From the NCBI GenBank assembly GCA_938074335.1, contig CALJEL010000013.1, forward strand, positions 888 through 64,887: a DNA stretch of 64,000 nt, read 5' to 3'. This document shows positions 44,510-55,416 of the stretch, in pieces. The notes under the pieces were generated by a model that worked only from the letters and a program-made list of their open reading frames with translations, ran no database searches and was not told where the DNA came from. Positions within the stretch are counted from its first letter, which is position 1, and each line of letters begins with the position of its first letter. Made by a program: the position numbers and the translations under genes. This stretch comes from an uncultured bacterium. GTDB lineage: Bacteria > Nitrospirota > Thermodesulfovibrionia > Thermodesulfovibrionales > CALJEL01.

Positions 44510-46319
44510 CATCAAGTCCCTCTTCTTTTAAAAGACCCATGAGATCTTCAAGAGGCTTATTAGAAATAGCCTTTCCTATCCTCAGCAGATAGATTGCCTC
44601 TTGAGCCATTGCCTTCTTTCTCTTTTTTAATTTTATCTGCCTTACTGAACTATCCTTGATGCCCCTTAACATGGTAATTACCTTATCATGGTCAACAGGC
44701 TTTCTGGAGAAGATCCTGAGTATTACAAATCTTGAATAGGGTGGCAGATTGTTGAGTTTTCTCATCTCCAACTCAGAGATAGCAAAACCTGTATAATCAA
44801 GCCTTCTTATATAATCAAAGGCTTTGTATCCAGGCATCCTTGTCTGAATTATTATCTTACCGCCCTGCCTGATCCTGTCCCTAAGATAATAAACCTCATG
44901 GAAAAGCCTTTCAGAGGCCCTGTAATCAGGTAAATTAAGAAGGATATCTGCATCAAGAAGTACACCAAGAGAAAAATTATAATTGATATTTTCCTTTCTT
45001 GAACTCGTTGATATGACAATACCCTCCTCTGACCTCACAGGCAGTAAACTCAGTCTATCCGCCAGGACCTCCCTTATCCTTTCAACTCCTCCAGAGACAT
45101 GTTCAAGCCCTGTACCCTTACAATAGGTACATACTGAGGGGATGTTCTTAATACTATCACATAACCTGCATCTTAAGATCTTCTTGTCCCTGTAATATAC
45201 AAAAATACCTCCGCAATCACACCTCAGGACATTATTGCAATCCCTGCAATAAATAATTGAATAACCGGTTCTTGGAAATGATAAAAATACCTTTTCATCT
45301 TTTTTAATAATATTTTCTATTTGTCTTAAAAGACCCTCAGGGAGTATCTCAAATCCTGATGAGGTTTTTTTGACTATCTTACTGATAATTATAGAAACCT
45401 TCTTCTTACCTTCAAAGGTATCAGGATCTCTGGAGGACTTTTTATCCACCCTGTTCATTTCCTCTTTCACCAGCCTGTATTTACCAATCCTGCAATTATA
45501 AAAGGATTCAATAGACGGATGTTCTGAAGAAAGATAAACCGGAATCTTTTCAGTATAAGCCCTCATAACCGCCACATCCCTTGCATTAAAATAAGGAGCC
45601 TCTTCCTGCTTGTAAGAAAAAGAACACTCCTCAATAACAATAATCCTGGATGGCTTAAAAGGTGCAAAAACAGAATTCCTTGTTCCTATAACAATGGGCT
45701 GGCAATCCCCGTAAAAGGCCTTAAGAATTCTTATATAATTCTCCAGTAGCACCAACCTCTTGAGTCTACTATGATAAAGGACTAACCTCTCACCAAAAGA
45801 ATGGGCCAGACTTTTATAGACCTCCTCTGCAGATTCCACTGTCGGTACAAGGATAATTGCGCCATCTCTACCATTATCTTCTAATAACCTCAGTAATCTG
45901 CCAGTCCTTAAGAGATCCTCCATAATAAGATAAGCACTGTACCGGGAAACAGGTCTTACGGGAGTTTTTACATTTATTTCTATATCAAGCTTCTTTTTAT
46001 TAAATATAAAGGAAGGGATCATGCTTCTGAGAACCACACCTTCTTCAGCTATATAATATCCTGACATCCATTCAAGAAGGCTTATGAGGGTACTGCTGAG
46101 CAGAGGAAACTCAAAAACAATCTCCCTGACAGGAAGCGCCTCTCCCTCAAAGTCTACCCCACACCTGAGGACCACACCTCTTAAAAAACTCTTTCTTAAA
46201 GGTGCTTCCACAAGCATACCAGGCCTGATCCTGTCCCTCAGCGATTCCGGTACAGAATAGGTCAATGCGCCGAGCCTTAATGGAAAAACAATATCACAAT
46301 ATCTGGCTTTGCTATTCAT
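44484..46319 (-). CDS. priA: PriA-like primosomal protein N' with degenerate helicase motifs
   Basis: PriA-like N-terminus (YCDIVFPLRLGALTYSVPE), the conserved block IVIGTRNSVFAPF and the Cys-rich zinc region CRDC...C.C...CRLC...CTYC. Walker A, the DExH box and motifs III, V and VI are all replaced (see finding). Confidence 0.7.
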   Translation of the reverse strand: MNSKARYCDIVFPLRLGALTYSVPESLRDRIRPGMLVEAPLRKSFLRGVVLRCGVDFEGEALPVREIVFEFPLLSSTLISLLEWMSGYYIAEEGVVLRSMIPSFIFNKKKLDIEINVKTPVRPVSRYSAYLIMEDLLRTGRLLRLLEDNGRDGAIILVPTVESAEEVYKSLAHSFGERLVLYHSRLKRLVLLENYIRILKAFYGDCQPIVIGTRNSVFAPFKPSRIIVIEECSFSYKQEEAPYFNARDVAVMRAYTEKIPVYLSSEHPSIESFYNCRIGKYRLVKEEMNRVDKKSSRDPDTFEGKKKVSIIISKIVKKTSSGFEILPEGLLRQIENIIKKDEKVFLSFPRTGYSIIYCRDCNNVLRCDCGGIFVYYRDKKILRCRLCDSIKNIPSVCTYCKGTGLEHVSGGVERIREVLADRLSLLPVRSEEGIVISTSSRKENINYNFSLGVLLDADILLNLPDYRASERLFHEVYYLRDRIRQGGKIIIQTRMPGYKAFDYIRRLDYTGFAISELEMRKLNNLPPYSRFVILRIFSRKPVDHDKVITMLRGIKDSSVRQIKLKKRKKAMAQEAIYLLRIGKAISNKPLEDLMGLLKEEGLDVRAYVDPL

Positions 46320-46345
46320 AAGAATATTATGTCATAATAGAAACT

Positions 46346-48076
46346 ATGATGGCTAAAAAATTAATCTTCCCTGTGCTCCTGTGTGTGGTTACTCTAACAG
46401 CCTGTGCCTCTCTGAGGCAGACTGCCTCGTTAAAGGAGGAAAAACTTGAATTACCAGATGAGGAGTTATCGCAGCTTCTGCCCGGGGAGTTTGAAAATTC
46501 ATATTTTTATTATATCCTTGGTTACCAGGCAGAGCTTCAGGGTGACTGGCAAAAGGGACTGTATTATTACTCTAAGGCTGAATCCCTTGATCCCGCCTCA
46601 GTCTTTTTAAAGCTTCAGATAAGTAATCTCCTTATAAGGACTGGTAAGATTGAGGAGGCTATCCTTAAAGCAGAAGAGGCAATAAAGATCAATCCTGATT
46701 ATGTGCCAGGGCTTTTGCTTCTTGGTCAGCTTTATAATGCCCAGAGGAGGTCAGAGGATGCCATAAAGACGCTTTTAAAGGTTATAGAAAAAGAACCCTC
46801 CACTAAGGAGGCCTATATATTCCTTGGAAGTATCTATGCCTCCCTTGAAAGATTTGATGAGGCTCTCAAAATCTTTGAAAATTTAAGTAAACAATTTCCT
46901 GATGAACCCCTTGCCTATTTTTATTCAGGCGCCATCTACCTTGAAAAAAATGAAACCGAAAAAGCAGAAAAGGCCTTTAAAGAGGCAATAGAGAAAAAAG
47001 ACGATCTTGATGCCGCCTATTTTTACCTCGGATTGATCATGGAGATGAGAGAGAATCTAAAAGAGGCAGAAAGATATTATAAAAAGACTATTGAGCTTAA
47101 TCCACATAATCTTCAGGCAAGACAGAGGCTCAGCCAGCTTTATATAAAACAGAAATCCTACGGTAATGCGATTACAGAATTAAAAGAGCTCCTCAAACTT
47201 TTACCCCAGGACCTTGATGCCCACATGAGGCTGGGACTTCTTTACATGCAACAGGAAAATTATGAAAAGGCAATTGAGGAATTCAGACTCATCCTCCAGA
47301 GGAAGCCTGATGCTATAGAGCCGAGATACTATCTTGCCCTCTCTCTTGGTGAACTTGGCAAAAATGATGAGGCAATGAAAGAATTACAGAATATCCTTGA
47401 GTATGACCCAAACAATATAAATGCATTACTTAATCTTGGACTTTTTCTCTCAAGACAGAAAAGATATACCGAGGCACTTGAGGCATATGAAAAACTGCTT
47501 AAACTCATACCTGACAGACCTGACCCTTATCTCTTCACAGGATCACTGCATATTCAGCTGAATGAGACCGAAAAGGCTATCACTATCCTGGAGGAAGGGA
47601 TCAGAAAATTTCCTGAACATCCAGATATGCACTTTAATCTTGCAGTTGCCTATGAAAAGGCAAAAAGATTTAATGACATGGAAAAGGAGCTCAGGAAAAC
47701 CATAGAACTTGACCCTGAGCATTATGAGGCAATGAATTATCTTGGCTATTCCTTTGCAGAAAGAGGGATAAACCTTGATGAGGCCCTTAAACTCATACAG
47801 AAGGCCCTTGAGCTGAAACCAGACAGTGGACACATAATTGATAGCCTTGCCTGGGTCTATTATAAGATGGGTAAACTCAATGAGGCTTTAAGAGAAATCA
47901 AGAGGGCAATTGAGAAACTCAAAGATGACCCTACCCTTTTTGACCACCTTGGAGATATATACGATGCCCTTGGTATGAAGGACCTTGCAAAAGAGGCATG
48001 GAAAAAGGCCCTTGAATTTATAGATAAAGAACCTTCCTTGAAAGAGGGGATTGAAAGGAAATTAAATACCCCCTGA
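46346..48076 (+). CDS. TPR-repeat lipoprotein
   Basis: Signal peptide with lipobox LTAC, then more than 12 TPR-like 34-aa repeats. Confidence 0.75.
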   Translation: MMAKKLIFPVLLCVVTLTACASLRQTASLKEEKLELPDEELSQLLPGEFENSYFYYILGYQAELQGDWQKGLYYYSKAESLDPASVFLKLQISNLLIRTGKIEEAILKAEEAIKINPDYVPGLLLLGQLYNAQRRSEDAIKTLLKVIEKEPSTKEAYIFLGSIYASLERFDEALKIFENLSKQFPDEPLAYFYSGAIYLEKNETEKAEKAFKEAIEKKDDLDAAYFYLGLIMEMRENLKEAERYYKKTIELNPHNLQARQRLSQLYIKQKSYGNAITELKELLKLLPQDLDAHMRLGLLYMQQENYEKAIEEFRLILQRKPDAIEPRYYLALSLGELGKNDEAMKELQNILEYDPNNINALLNLGLFLSRQKRYTEALEAYEKLLKLIPDRPDPYLFTGSLHIQLNETEKAITILEEGIRKFPEHPDMHFNLAVAYEKAKRFNDMEKELRKTIELDPEHYEAMNYLGYSFAERGINLDEALKLIQKALELKPDSGHIIDSLAWVYYKMGKLNEALREIKRAIEKLKDDPTLFDHLGDIYDALGMKDLAKEAWKKALEFIDKEPSLKEGIERKLNTP

Positions 48077-48082
48077 GTGTAG

Positions 48083-48955
48083 ATGAAGCTCCTTGCGCCT
48101 GCCAAGATAAACTGGTTCCTCCAGGTTGGTGAAAAAAGGCCTGATGGTTACCACGACATACTGAGCCTCATGCAATTTATTGACCTCTTTGATGAGATAG
48201 AACTTGAGCCTTATGAGGAGTTAATAGTTGAGACTGACCTTGATATTCCAATGAAAGAAAATATAGCTTATAAGGCAGCAATAAAACTCAGAGAGAAAAC
48301 AGGTTATAAAGATGGTGTGAAGATAAGGATTAAAAAGAACATTCCTGCTGGTGCCGGGCTTGGAGGTGGAAGCTCCGATGCCGCCTCCACTCTTATGGGA
48401 CTTAATAAGCTCTGGGACCTTGGTCTTTCAACTGAAGAACTCGCCGGGATAGGTGCTACGATAGGCTCTGATATACCCTTTTTCTTAAACGGACCATCTG
48501 CCATTGTGAGAGGGAGAGGAGATATAATTGAAAAAATAGAGATAAAGGACACCTGTCTACTTCTTCTGGTAAAACCAGAATTCAGCATCTCCTCAGCCTG
48601 GGCATATGATGAACTCGACAGGATAAGAAGACAAAAGGAAGGGCAGAAATCTGGAAATCTGGAAGTCCTCACCCTTTCCTCACTGAAGACTGTCAGCTCC
48701 TGTACTGAACTGTTTTCTTTCAGAAATGACCTTGAAGAACCTGTCTTCAGGAGTTTTCCCTTATTAAGGGAGATCAAAAAGGACCTTACTCTGAAGGGAG
48801 CCCTTTATTCTGGCATGACAGGAAGTGGCTCTGCCATATTCGGGGTATTCAGCTCAGAAGAGGAGGTCCTGAAGATTCAGGACAGATTTAAAAAACACTG
48901 GACAAGGATCGTCAGGACAATTAGTAGTATGACAGATGATAGCATCATTGTGTAG
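48083..48955 (+). CDS. ispE: 4-diphosphocytidyl-2-C-methyl-D-erythritol kinase
   Basis: APAKINWFL.V...K.IP.GAGLGGGSSDAA is the GHMP kinase pattern. Confidence 0.9.
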   Translation: MKLLAPAKINWFLQVGEKRPDGYHDILSLMQFIDLFDEIELEPYEELIVETDLDIPMKENIAYKAAIKLREKTGYKDGVKIRIKKNIPAGAGLGGGSSDAASTLMGLNKLWDLGLSTEELAGIGATIGSDIPFFLNGPSAIVRGRGDIIEKIEIKDTCLLLLVKPEFSISSAWAYDELDRIRRQKEGQKSGNLEVLTLSSLKTVSSCTELFSFRNDLEEPVFRSFPLLREIKKDLTLKGALYSGMTGSGSAIFGVFSSEEEVLKIQDRFKKHWTRIVRTISSMTDDSIIV

Positions 48956-48960
48956 TGCCA

Positions 48961-49036
48961 ATTAGAGCGACCGTGCAATTGTGCTACAGCACTACAGATT
49001 AGAGTGACCGTGCAATTGTCGCTCTGTCGCACTGTC
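48961..49036. repeat. Two direct 23-nt copies plus a GACAGNGC-type octamer run. It spans the ispE/pabB convergent gap and the pabB 3' end.
   Basis: attagagcgaccgtgcaattgtg (48961-48983) and attagagtgaccgtgcaattgtc (48998-49020), followed by gctctgtcgcactgtcg. Confidence 0.8.
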
Positions 49037-50071
49037 GTGAAATGCCTTCATCTTCAGATAAAGCTCTGATAGTTCCTTCTCTGGCACAGAATCCCAGACT
49101 ATTCCACAACCTGCATAATAGGACAATCTATTACCACTGCCTATGGCTGTCCTTATAAGGACAGAAAGGACAAAATCTCCATCTGACCTTAAAAGCCCTG
49201 CACAGCCACAGTAATAGCTCCTTGGATGGGGCTCAAGACCCTCTATTATCTCCACTGCCTTCCGCTTGGGTGCACCTGTAACAGAGGCCGGTGGAAAGGT
49301 TGCCTTGAGTATATCCACAATCTCTTTATCTGTAATTGCCTCAACTGTTGAATGCATCTGAAAAAGGGTCTGGTATCCTGTAATCTTGAAGAGTTCTGTT
49401 ACCCTCACACTGCCATTCCTTGCAATCCTGCCAAGGTCATTTCTCATCATATCTGTAATCATGAGGTTCTCAGCCTTATCCTTTTCGCTGTTTATAAGTG
49501 CCTGGGCTGTGGTAGCTGTACCTTTTATGGGTTTGCTCCTTATAATGCTGCCCTCCTTTTGAAGGAATAACTCCATGGAGCCCGAGATAATATAAAAATC
49601 ACCTGCATTGAAACAGAATGAATAAGGCACAGGCTGGCTATGGTGAAATCTATAAAATAAGGACTCAGGGAAGCCATCAAGCTCAAAATCAAATCTATTT
49701 GTCAGATTCACCTGATAGATTATTCCCTCAGCTATGAGTTCCTTTATCTTCAGTACAGAGTTTTTATAATCATCATCATTGAGAGAGGCTCCCTTTAAAG
49801 AAAGCCTGCAGGGGTAAATCTCCGGGGATGTTTCATTAAAATCATTCACTTCAATGAGGGCAACAGGAGGAAGATCTGATTTTTTTATGTTAAGATCAAG
49901 TAATCCTCCCGAGAGGTCATAGGAGAGTATGATAAAATAATCTTTATTAAAAAAGGAAAATCTTCCGAGGTCATCAAGATTATTAAAAAATCTCAGACTG
50001 CCTGTGTCTGCCCTGTAAAAAAGGCCTTTATCTCTCTTAAGCCAGGTCCCGTTGAGTAGCAAATCTTTCAT
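48992..50071 (-). CDS. pabB: Chorismate-binding enzyme, short aminodeoxychorismate synthase component I type
   Basis: SGSMELF...PIKGT...MITDMMRNDLGR...PPASVTGAPK..A...I..LE...R..YCG. It lies directly upstream of a class-IV aminotransferase-fold gene. Confidence 0.7.
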   Translation of the reverse strand: MKDLLLNGTWLKRDKGLFYRADTGSLRFFNNLDDLGRFSFFNKDYFIILSYDLSGGLLDLNIKKSDLPPVALIEVNDFNETSPEIYPCRLSLKGASLNDDDYKNSVLKIKELIAEGIIYQVNLTNRFDFELDGFPESLFYRFHHSQPVPYSFCFNAGDFYIISGSMELFLQKEGSIIRSKPIKGTATTAQALINSEKDKAENLMITDMMRNDLGRIARNGSVRVTELFKITGYQTLFQMHSTVEAITDKEIVDILKATFPPASVTGAPKRKAVEIIEGLEPHPRSYYCGCAGLLRSDGDFVLSVLIRTAIGSGNRLSYYAGCGIVWDSVPEKELSELYLKMKAFHDSATERQLHGHSNL

Positions 50072-50838
50072 CTATTTTCCTCATCAATTATTCTATTAAG
50101 CTCATGGATTATATCTTCAGGTATGGAAAAATCGTTATCCATAATCTTTGTAACCGGTACCGCACCAGAGATACTGTTTGTAATAATCAGGGAGTCTGCT
50201 TCCATTAATTCCTCAATCCCTATCCTCACCTCTTTTATATCAATCTTTTCCATTAATATGCTCAGGGTAGTCCCTCTCAGGAGGCCACATTGAAGGGCAG
50301 GAGTCATAAAAAGGTCATCCTTTATTATCAGGAGGTTTGATGAAGAGCATTCGGTTATCTCATCTTTTTCATTTAATATAATGGCATCATCAAATCCATC
50401 AATTACCGCCTTTCTTTTTACAAGGATATTGAAAAGATAATTCATGGTCTTGTGATATATAACTGGATCCCTTGAATTTCTCCTGAAAGGAGAGATGGTT
50501 AAATTAACGGTCTTAAGCCTTTTATAGGGTTTTGCTATTACCTTTACCTTATAACCATCCGGCAGTGAATCATATCTTGTATCACCTGAAGCAATAAGGC
50601 AAAACTTTACATAGAGATCCCTTTTGCCTCCTGTCTCCTTTTCAATCATCTGGATGAATTCTTCAAGCTGAGGACATGGTATTTTTAAAAAATTGGCAGA
50701 ACCCTTAAGCCTCTCATAGTGCCTGATTAATTTCTTTGTCCTGCCCCTCCAGAGGATTGTCTCAAAAAGGCCCTCACCATAAAGGAGTGTCCTGCTCAAT
50801 ATGTGGCAGTCACCGCTTATATCCTGAGGGTTGCTCAT
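50068..50838 (-). CDS. pabC: Aminodeoxychorismate lyase (class IV aminotransferase fold)
   Basis: YGEGLFET......LL.G.T, about 256 aa, translationally coupled to pabB. Confidence 0.65.
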   Translation of the reverse strand: MSNPQDISGDCHILSRTLLYGEGLFETILWRGRTKKLIRHYERLKGSANFLKIPCPQLEEFIQMIEKETGGKRDLYVKFCLIASGDTRYDSLPDGYKVKVIAKPYKRLKTVNLTISPFRRNSRDPVIYHKTMNYLFNILVKRKAVIDGFDDAIILNEKDEITECSSSNLLIIKDDLFMTPALQCGLLRGTTLSILMEKIDIKEVRIGIEELMEADSLIITNSISGAVPVTKIMDNDFSIPEDIIHELNRIIDEENR

Positions 50839-51554
50839 GTGGCCATAAGGTCAAGTAAAACAAGCCTCAGGGCCTTAAGAGGATCTTCCTCACGCATTAT
50901 AGCCCTGCCAAGGACAATGTAGTCTGCCCCTGCCCTGAAGGCCTCTCTCGGCGTAACAGTCCTTTTCTGGTCATCAGGAGGATTCCAGGAGAGTCTTATA
51001 CCCGGCACTACAACAAGAAAATCCTTTCCGCAGGAATTCTTTATGCTCTCTATTTCCTGACCGGAGGCAACAACACCGTCAAGACCTGCATTAAAGGCAA
51101 GCCTTGAGAGGTGTTTTACATGTGTCCTTATGCTGTGAGGTATACAGAGTTCATTTTTAAGTGCCTCGGAGGAAAGGCTTGTAAGTACCGTAACCCCTAT
51201 TAATTTAGGTCTTGGAAGATTCTCCTTAAGACAGGTCTCCACAACTGCATCCCTTGTTTGTCTCATCATATCAAGACCACCTGAGGTATGCATGTTCAGC
51301 ATAAATACACCAAGTCTGGTAACAACCTTTGCAGTCCTGCTTACCGTATTTGGTATATCATGGAGTTTAAGGTCAAGAAAGACCTTCTTTCCTTTTTCTG
51401 TTATCCTGCGGATAATCTCAGGGCCTCCTGCTGTAAAAAGCTCAAGACCAACTTTAAATATCTGAATGTCCTCAGAAAACCTGTCAACAAGCTGAAGGGC
51501 ATACTCAGGTTCATGGGTATCAAGGGAAAGTATTATGCGTTCTCTTACAGGCAT
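50835..51554 (-). CDS. pyrF: Orotidine 5'-phosphate decarboxylase
   Basis: LSLD......FKVG.ELF...DLKLHDIPNT. Confidence 0.9.
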   Translation of the reverse strand: MPVRERIILSLDTHEPEYALQLVDRFSEDIQIFKVGLELFTAGGPEIIRRITEKGKKVFLDLKLHDIPNTVSRTAKVVTRLGVFMLNMHTSGGLDMMRQTRDAVVETCLKENLPRPKLIGVTVLTSLSSEALKNELCIPHSIRTHVKHLSRLAFNAGLDGVVASGQEIESIKNSCGKDFLVVVPGIRLSWNPPDDQKRTVTPREAFRAGADYIVLGRAIMREEDPLKALRLVLLDLMAT

Positions 51555-51555
51555 A

Positions 51556-52104
51556 TCAGACCTTTGGAAGCGTTATCCCCTTCTGTGACTGATATTTCCC
51601 TGCCTTATCGGCATAGGACACCTCGCAGATCTCTATGCCCTTTAAAAATATGAGCTGGGCTATACCTTCATTTGCATAGATCCTTGCCGGAAGCGGGGTT
51701 GTATTGGATATCTCAATAGTGACATGGCCTTCCCATTCTGGCTCAAGGGGGGTTACATTCACTATCAGGCCACATCTCGCATAGGTGGATTTTCCAAGAC
51801 ATATGACAATAACATCCCTTGGTATCCTGAAATACTCCACAGAATAACCAAGGACAAAAGAGTTAGGTGGTATGATGCAGACATCTCCCCTGAATTCAAC
51901 AAAGCTATTAGGGTCAAAATTCTTCGGATCAACCACAGTGGCATTTATATTGGTAAAGATCTTAAACTCATCAGCAATCCTCATGTCATAACCATAGGAA
52001 CTTACACCATAAGAGATAACACCTTCTCTTACCTGCTCAGGACTGAAAGGCTCTATCATGCCTTTTGCTGCCATCTCCTTTATCCATCGGTCATTCATCA
52101 CCAT
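51556..52104 (-). CDS. dcd: dCTP deaminase
   Basis: SYGYD.R......GKS.YARCG......PLEP.WEG..T.E. Confidence 0.9.
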   Translation of the reverse strand: MVMNDRWIKEMAAKGMIEPFSPEQVREGVISYGVSSYGYDMRIADEFKIFTNINATVVDPKNFDPNSFVEFRGDVCIIPPNSFVLGYSVEYFRIPRDVIVICLGKSTYARCGLIVNVTPLEPEWEGHVTIEISNTTPLPARIYANEGIAQLIFLKGIEICEVSYADKAGKYQSQKGITLPKV

Positions 52105-52249
52105 AAAATTCCTCCCTGTACTTATACTAACAAAAAAGCTTCTGAACTTTTCCCTGCCATAGCTTGCTATAGTATTATCTGGACTTTCTCACTGAGGGAA
52201 AGGATTTGTTGTGTTTACCCTCAATTATAAATAGCTCCTGAAACTCCAC

Positions 52250-53818
52250 CTACAGCTTGGTCTTTAAAAGTTTGTATTCTATGCTGTCCACCAGTGCCTG
52301 CCATGAGGCCTCTATAATATTTTCAGAGACCCCAACCGTTCCCCATCTTTCATGTTCATCACCTGATTCAACAAGCACCCTCACCTTTGCAGCAGTTCCC
52401 TTCCCAGGTTGAAGTACCCTTACCTTGTAGTCATGAAGTTTTACACTCTTTAAGGCCGGATAAAATCTCTCCAATGCCTTTCTCAGGGCATTATCAAGGG
52501 CATTGACAGGCCCATCACCGGTAGCTGCAGTATGCTCCACATGTCCGGCAACCTTTACCATTATGGTTGCCTCGCTGAAGGGCTCTCCACCATCCCTTCT
52601 CTTTTCCACTATAACCCTGAATCCTATAAGATCGAAGAATTTTCTGTAAAGACCCAGGTGCTTCTTCATCAGAAGCTCAAAAGATGCCTCTGCAGCCTCA
52701 AACTGAAATCCCTGGTTTTCCAGCTCCTTAAGTGTTGAAACAAGGTCTTTAAGCTCCGGCGAGTCAGGGTCTATCTTTATTCCAAATTCCTGTGCCTTTC
52801 TTATGATATTGCTTTTGCCAGCCAGGTCACTGAGGAGAACCCTCTGAGAGTTTCCCACAAGCTCGGGTCTTATGTGTTCATAGGTCTCGGGATTTTTTAA
52901 AATAGCACTTACATGAACCCCGGCCTTATGGGCAAAGGCACTATCACCCACAAAGGGCTGGCGTTTGAAATGCCTGAGATTTGCTATCTCATTAACGAAT
53001 CTTGAGACATCCCTGAGCTTCTTAAGGTTCTCATCAGAAATGCATCTATAACCAAGCTTTAACTGAAGATTAGGTATAACAGAGCAGAGATTGGCATTTC
53101 CACATCTCTCACCAAGTCCGTTTATCGTACCCTGAACCTGTATTGCCCCTTCCTGAACAGCCACAATGGAATTGGAGACAGCACAATCCGAGTCATTATG
53201 GGCATGTATTCCAAGGGGTATCTTTATGACCTTCTTGATAGCCCTCACGATCTCTGCAATTTCTGCGGGCAAACTACCTCCATTTGTATCACAGAGGATA
53301 ATCCTGTCTGCTCCTGCCTTCTCTGCCTCCCTTAAGCACTTAAGGGCATATTCAGGATTGTATTTATAACCATCAAAAAGATGCTCTGCGTCAAAAAAAA
53401 CAAGGGGTATCTTCTTTTTGAGATAATAGATGGAATCATGAATCAGTCTGAGATTTTCATCAAGGCTGCACCTCAGGGCCTCTTTTACATGGAAGTCCCA
53501 GGTCTTACCAAACAGGGTAACTATCTCTGTAGATGCCTCAAGGAGCTCCTTTAAAAGTGGATCTTCCGATGCCTTATGGCCTGGTTTGCAGGTGCTTCCA
53601 AAGGCAACAAGTCTCGCATTCTTTAATTTAAGTTTTTTAGCCCTTTTAAAAAATTCTGTCTCCTTTGGATTTGAGCCGGGCCATCCACCCTCAATAAAAT
53701 GAATCCCGAACTCATCCAGCTTTTCTGCAATCCTGAGCTTATCCTCCACAGAAAAAGCTATGTCCTCTGCCTGTGCACCGTCCCTCAGGGTGGTATCGTA
53801 TATCTCAATTCTTTTCAT
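52250..53818 (-). CDS. cimA: (R)-citramalate synthase (LeuA-related, CimA type)
   Basis: [30 protein letters not shown]...[11 protein letters not shown]. 522 aa with a LeuA-dimer-type C-terminal domain. Confidence 0.75.
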   Translation of the reverse strand: MKRIEIYDTTLRDGAQAEDIAFSVEDKLRIAEKLDEFGIHFIEGGWPGSNPKETEFFKRAKKLKLKNARLVAFGSTCKPGHKASEDPLLKELLEASTEIVTLFGKTWDFHVKEALRCSLDENLRLIHDSIYYLKKKIPLVFFDAEHLFDGYKYNPEYALKCLREAEKAGADRIILCDTNGGSLPAEIAEIVRAIKKVIKIPLGIHAHNDSDCAVSNSIVAVQEGAIQVQGTINGLGERCGNANLCSVIPNLQLKLGYRCISDENLKKLRDVSRFVNEIANLRHFKRQPFVGDSAFAHKAGVHVSAILKNPETYEHIRPELVGNSQRVLLSDLAGKSNIIRKAQEFGIKIDPDSPELKDLVSTLKELENQGFQFEAAEASFELLMKKHLGLYRKFFDLIGFRVIVEKRRDGGEPFSEATIMVKVAGHVEHTAATGDGPVNALDNALRKALERFYPALKSVKLHDYKVRVLQPGKGTAAKVRVLVESGDEHERWGTVGVSENIIEASWQALVDSIEYKLLKTKL

Positions 53819-53824
53819 ATATAA

Positions 53825-55054
53825 TTACTTCTCACCTTCAGCCTTAGCAAGTTCAAAGGCATCATGCAATACCCTTACAGCAAGCTCGGTATATTTTGCC
53901 TCTATAAGGCATGAGACCTTAATCTCAGAGGTGCTGATTGCCATAATATTTATACCATGCCTTGCGAGGGTTTCAAACATCTTTGCTGCAACACCTGAAT
54001 GGGTCCTCATACCAACTCCCACAATAGAAACCTTTGCAATATCCTCCCTGAGATCAACACCAGAGGCTCCTAACTCCCTTGCAATGGCCTCGGTTATTGA
54101 TAATGCCTTGTTTGAATCAGTCTTTGCAACAGTGAAGGATATGTCCGTTGCCCTTCCATCACTTGAGACATTCTGAACAATCATATCAACCACAATATTA
54201 GCATCTGCTATAGCTTTGAAGAGTCTTGCTGCGATACCTGGCCTGTCAGGTACTGCCTTAATCGTGATCTTTGATTGATTCTTATCATAGGCAACTCCTG
54301 ATACAACAACCTTCTCCATCTCTTTATCCTCCTTTGTTACCAGTGTTCCAGGATTATCATTAAAACTTGATCTAACCACAACAGGCACATTATACTTCAT
54401 GGCAAACTCCACAGACCTTGTCTGGAGCACCTTTGCTCCAAGGCTTGCAAGTTCAAGCATCTCTTCATAGGATATTTTATCAAGTTTCCTTGCCTCTGGC
54501 ACTATATTTGGATCAGTTGTATAAACACCATCAACATCAGTGTAGATCTCACAGAGGTCTGCCTTGAGTGCAGCAGCAATAGCAACCGCTGTGAGGTCAG
54601 AGCCTCCCCTTCCCAGGGTGGTAACCTCATCAGACTCTGTTATCCCCTGAAATCCTGCCACCACAACGATATAGCCTTCATCAAGTGCTCTCTTTGCCCT
54701 GTCTGCCTCTATTCTCTCAATCCTCGCCTTGGTATGAACAGGCTCTGTTATTATACCCATCTGCCTTCCTGTAAGGGCTATAGCCTTTTTCCCGAGTGCC
54801 TGAACAGCCATTGCTGTAAGGGCGGTGGTAACCCTCTCACCTGAGGAGAGAAGAAGATCCATCTCTCGTTCTCCGGGATTAGGAGATACCTCATGGGCAA
54901 GCCTTATAAGATTGTCTGTCTCACCTGCCATGGCAGAGACAACCACAACAACCCTGTGACCTTCATCAGCTGTCCTTACCACCCTTCTGGCAACAGCCTT
55001 TATCCTTTCAGTATTGGCAACAGAGGTTCCACCATATTTTTGAACAATAAGCAT
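53825..55054 (-). CDS. lysC: Aspartate kinase
   Basis: VQKYGGTSV......TTLGRGGSD plus two C-terminal ACT domains. Confidence 0.9.
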   Translation of the reverse strand: MLIVQKYGGTSVANTERIKAVARRVVRTADEGHRVVVVVSAMAGETDNLIRLAHEVSPNPGEREMDLLLSSGERVTTALTAMAVQALGKKAIALTGRQMGIITEPVHTKARIERIEADRAKRALDEGYIVVVAGFQGITESDEVTTLGRGGSDLTAVAIAAALKADLCEIYTDVDGVYTTDPNIVPEARKLDKISYEEMLELASLGAKVLQTRSVEFAMKYNVPVVVRSSFNDNPGTLVTKEDKEMEKVVVSGVAYDKNQSKITIKAVPDRPGIAARLFKAIADANIVVDMIVQNVSSDGRATDISFTVAKTDSNKALSITEAIARELGASGVDLREDIAKVSIVGVGMRTHSGVAAKMFETLARHGINIMAISTSEIKVSCLIEAKYTELAVRVLHDAFELAKAEGEK

Positions 55055-55195
55055 CTTTAACTATCCTCCCTGAAACAATCTTATATCTAATATCTAAGCC
55101 TTTAACCAGGTTAAGATTATCCAGCAATCTTTGCTCATTTATAATTTTTATATTTTACTCTAAAGGAGGAATAAATTAAAACTGATTAGCAGTTA

Positions 55196-55335
55196 ATAAC
55201 TGAGCAGTAGAGCAACAGAGCAACAGTTAAATAATAATATAAAAAATTCCTTAATAAAAACTACTGCTCTACTGCTCTGCTGGTCTAAGAAGACTTTGAG
55301 GCATACCCCGCCATTAAAAATGCATTTCTATCACC
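55196..55335. repeat. Repeat locus D, the complementary half element (long octamer hairpin plus the other terminal motif, without module 1)
   Basis: gagcagtagagcaacagagcaacagttaaataataatataaaaaattccttaataaaaactactgctctactgctctgctggtctaagaagactttgaggcataccccgccattaaaaatgcatttc. This equals the reverse complement of the left part of locus B, minus the 40-nt module 1. Confidence 0.9.
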
Positions 55336-55416
55336 AAATTTAGGTGAATAATTTCTTATTATAATGCTGGCACAGAGGCAGGTTGATTGAGAGCCTTATC
55401 CACAAATTTTTGCCTT

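Noticed and set aside
52154-52168. ctgccatagcttgct looked like a -24/-12 element upstream of dcd
   Set aside because: It has TGCC rather than TGGC, the GG-to-GC spacing is wrong, and it sits on the strand opposite to the flanking genes.
55055-55195. A lysine riboswitch (L-box) expected upstream of lysC
   Set aside because: The roughly 140-nt leader is AT-rich, lacks the conserved L-box helices and motifs, and is too short.
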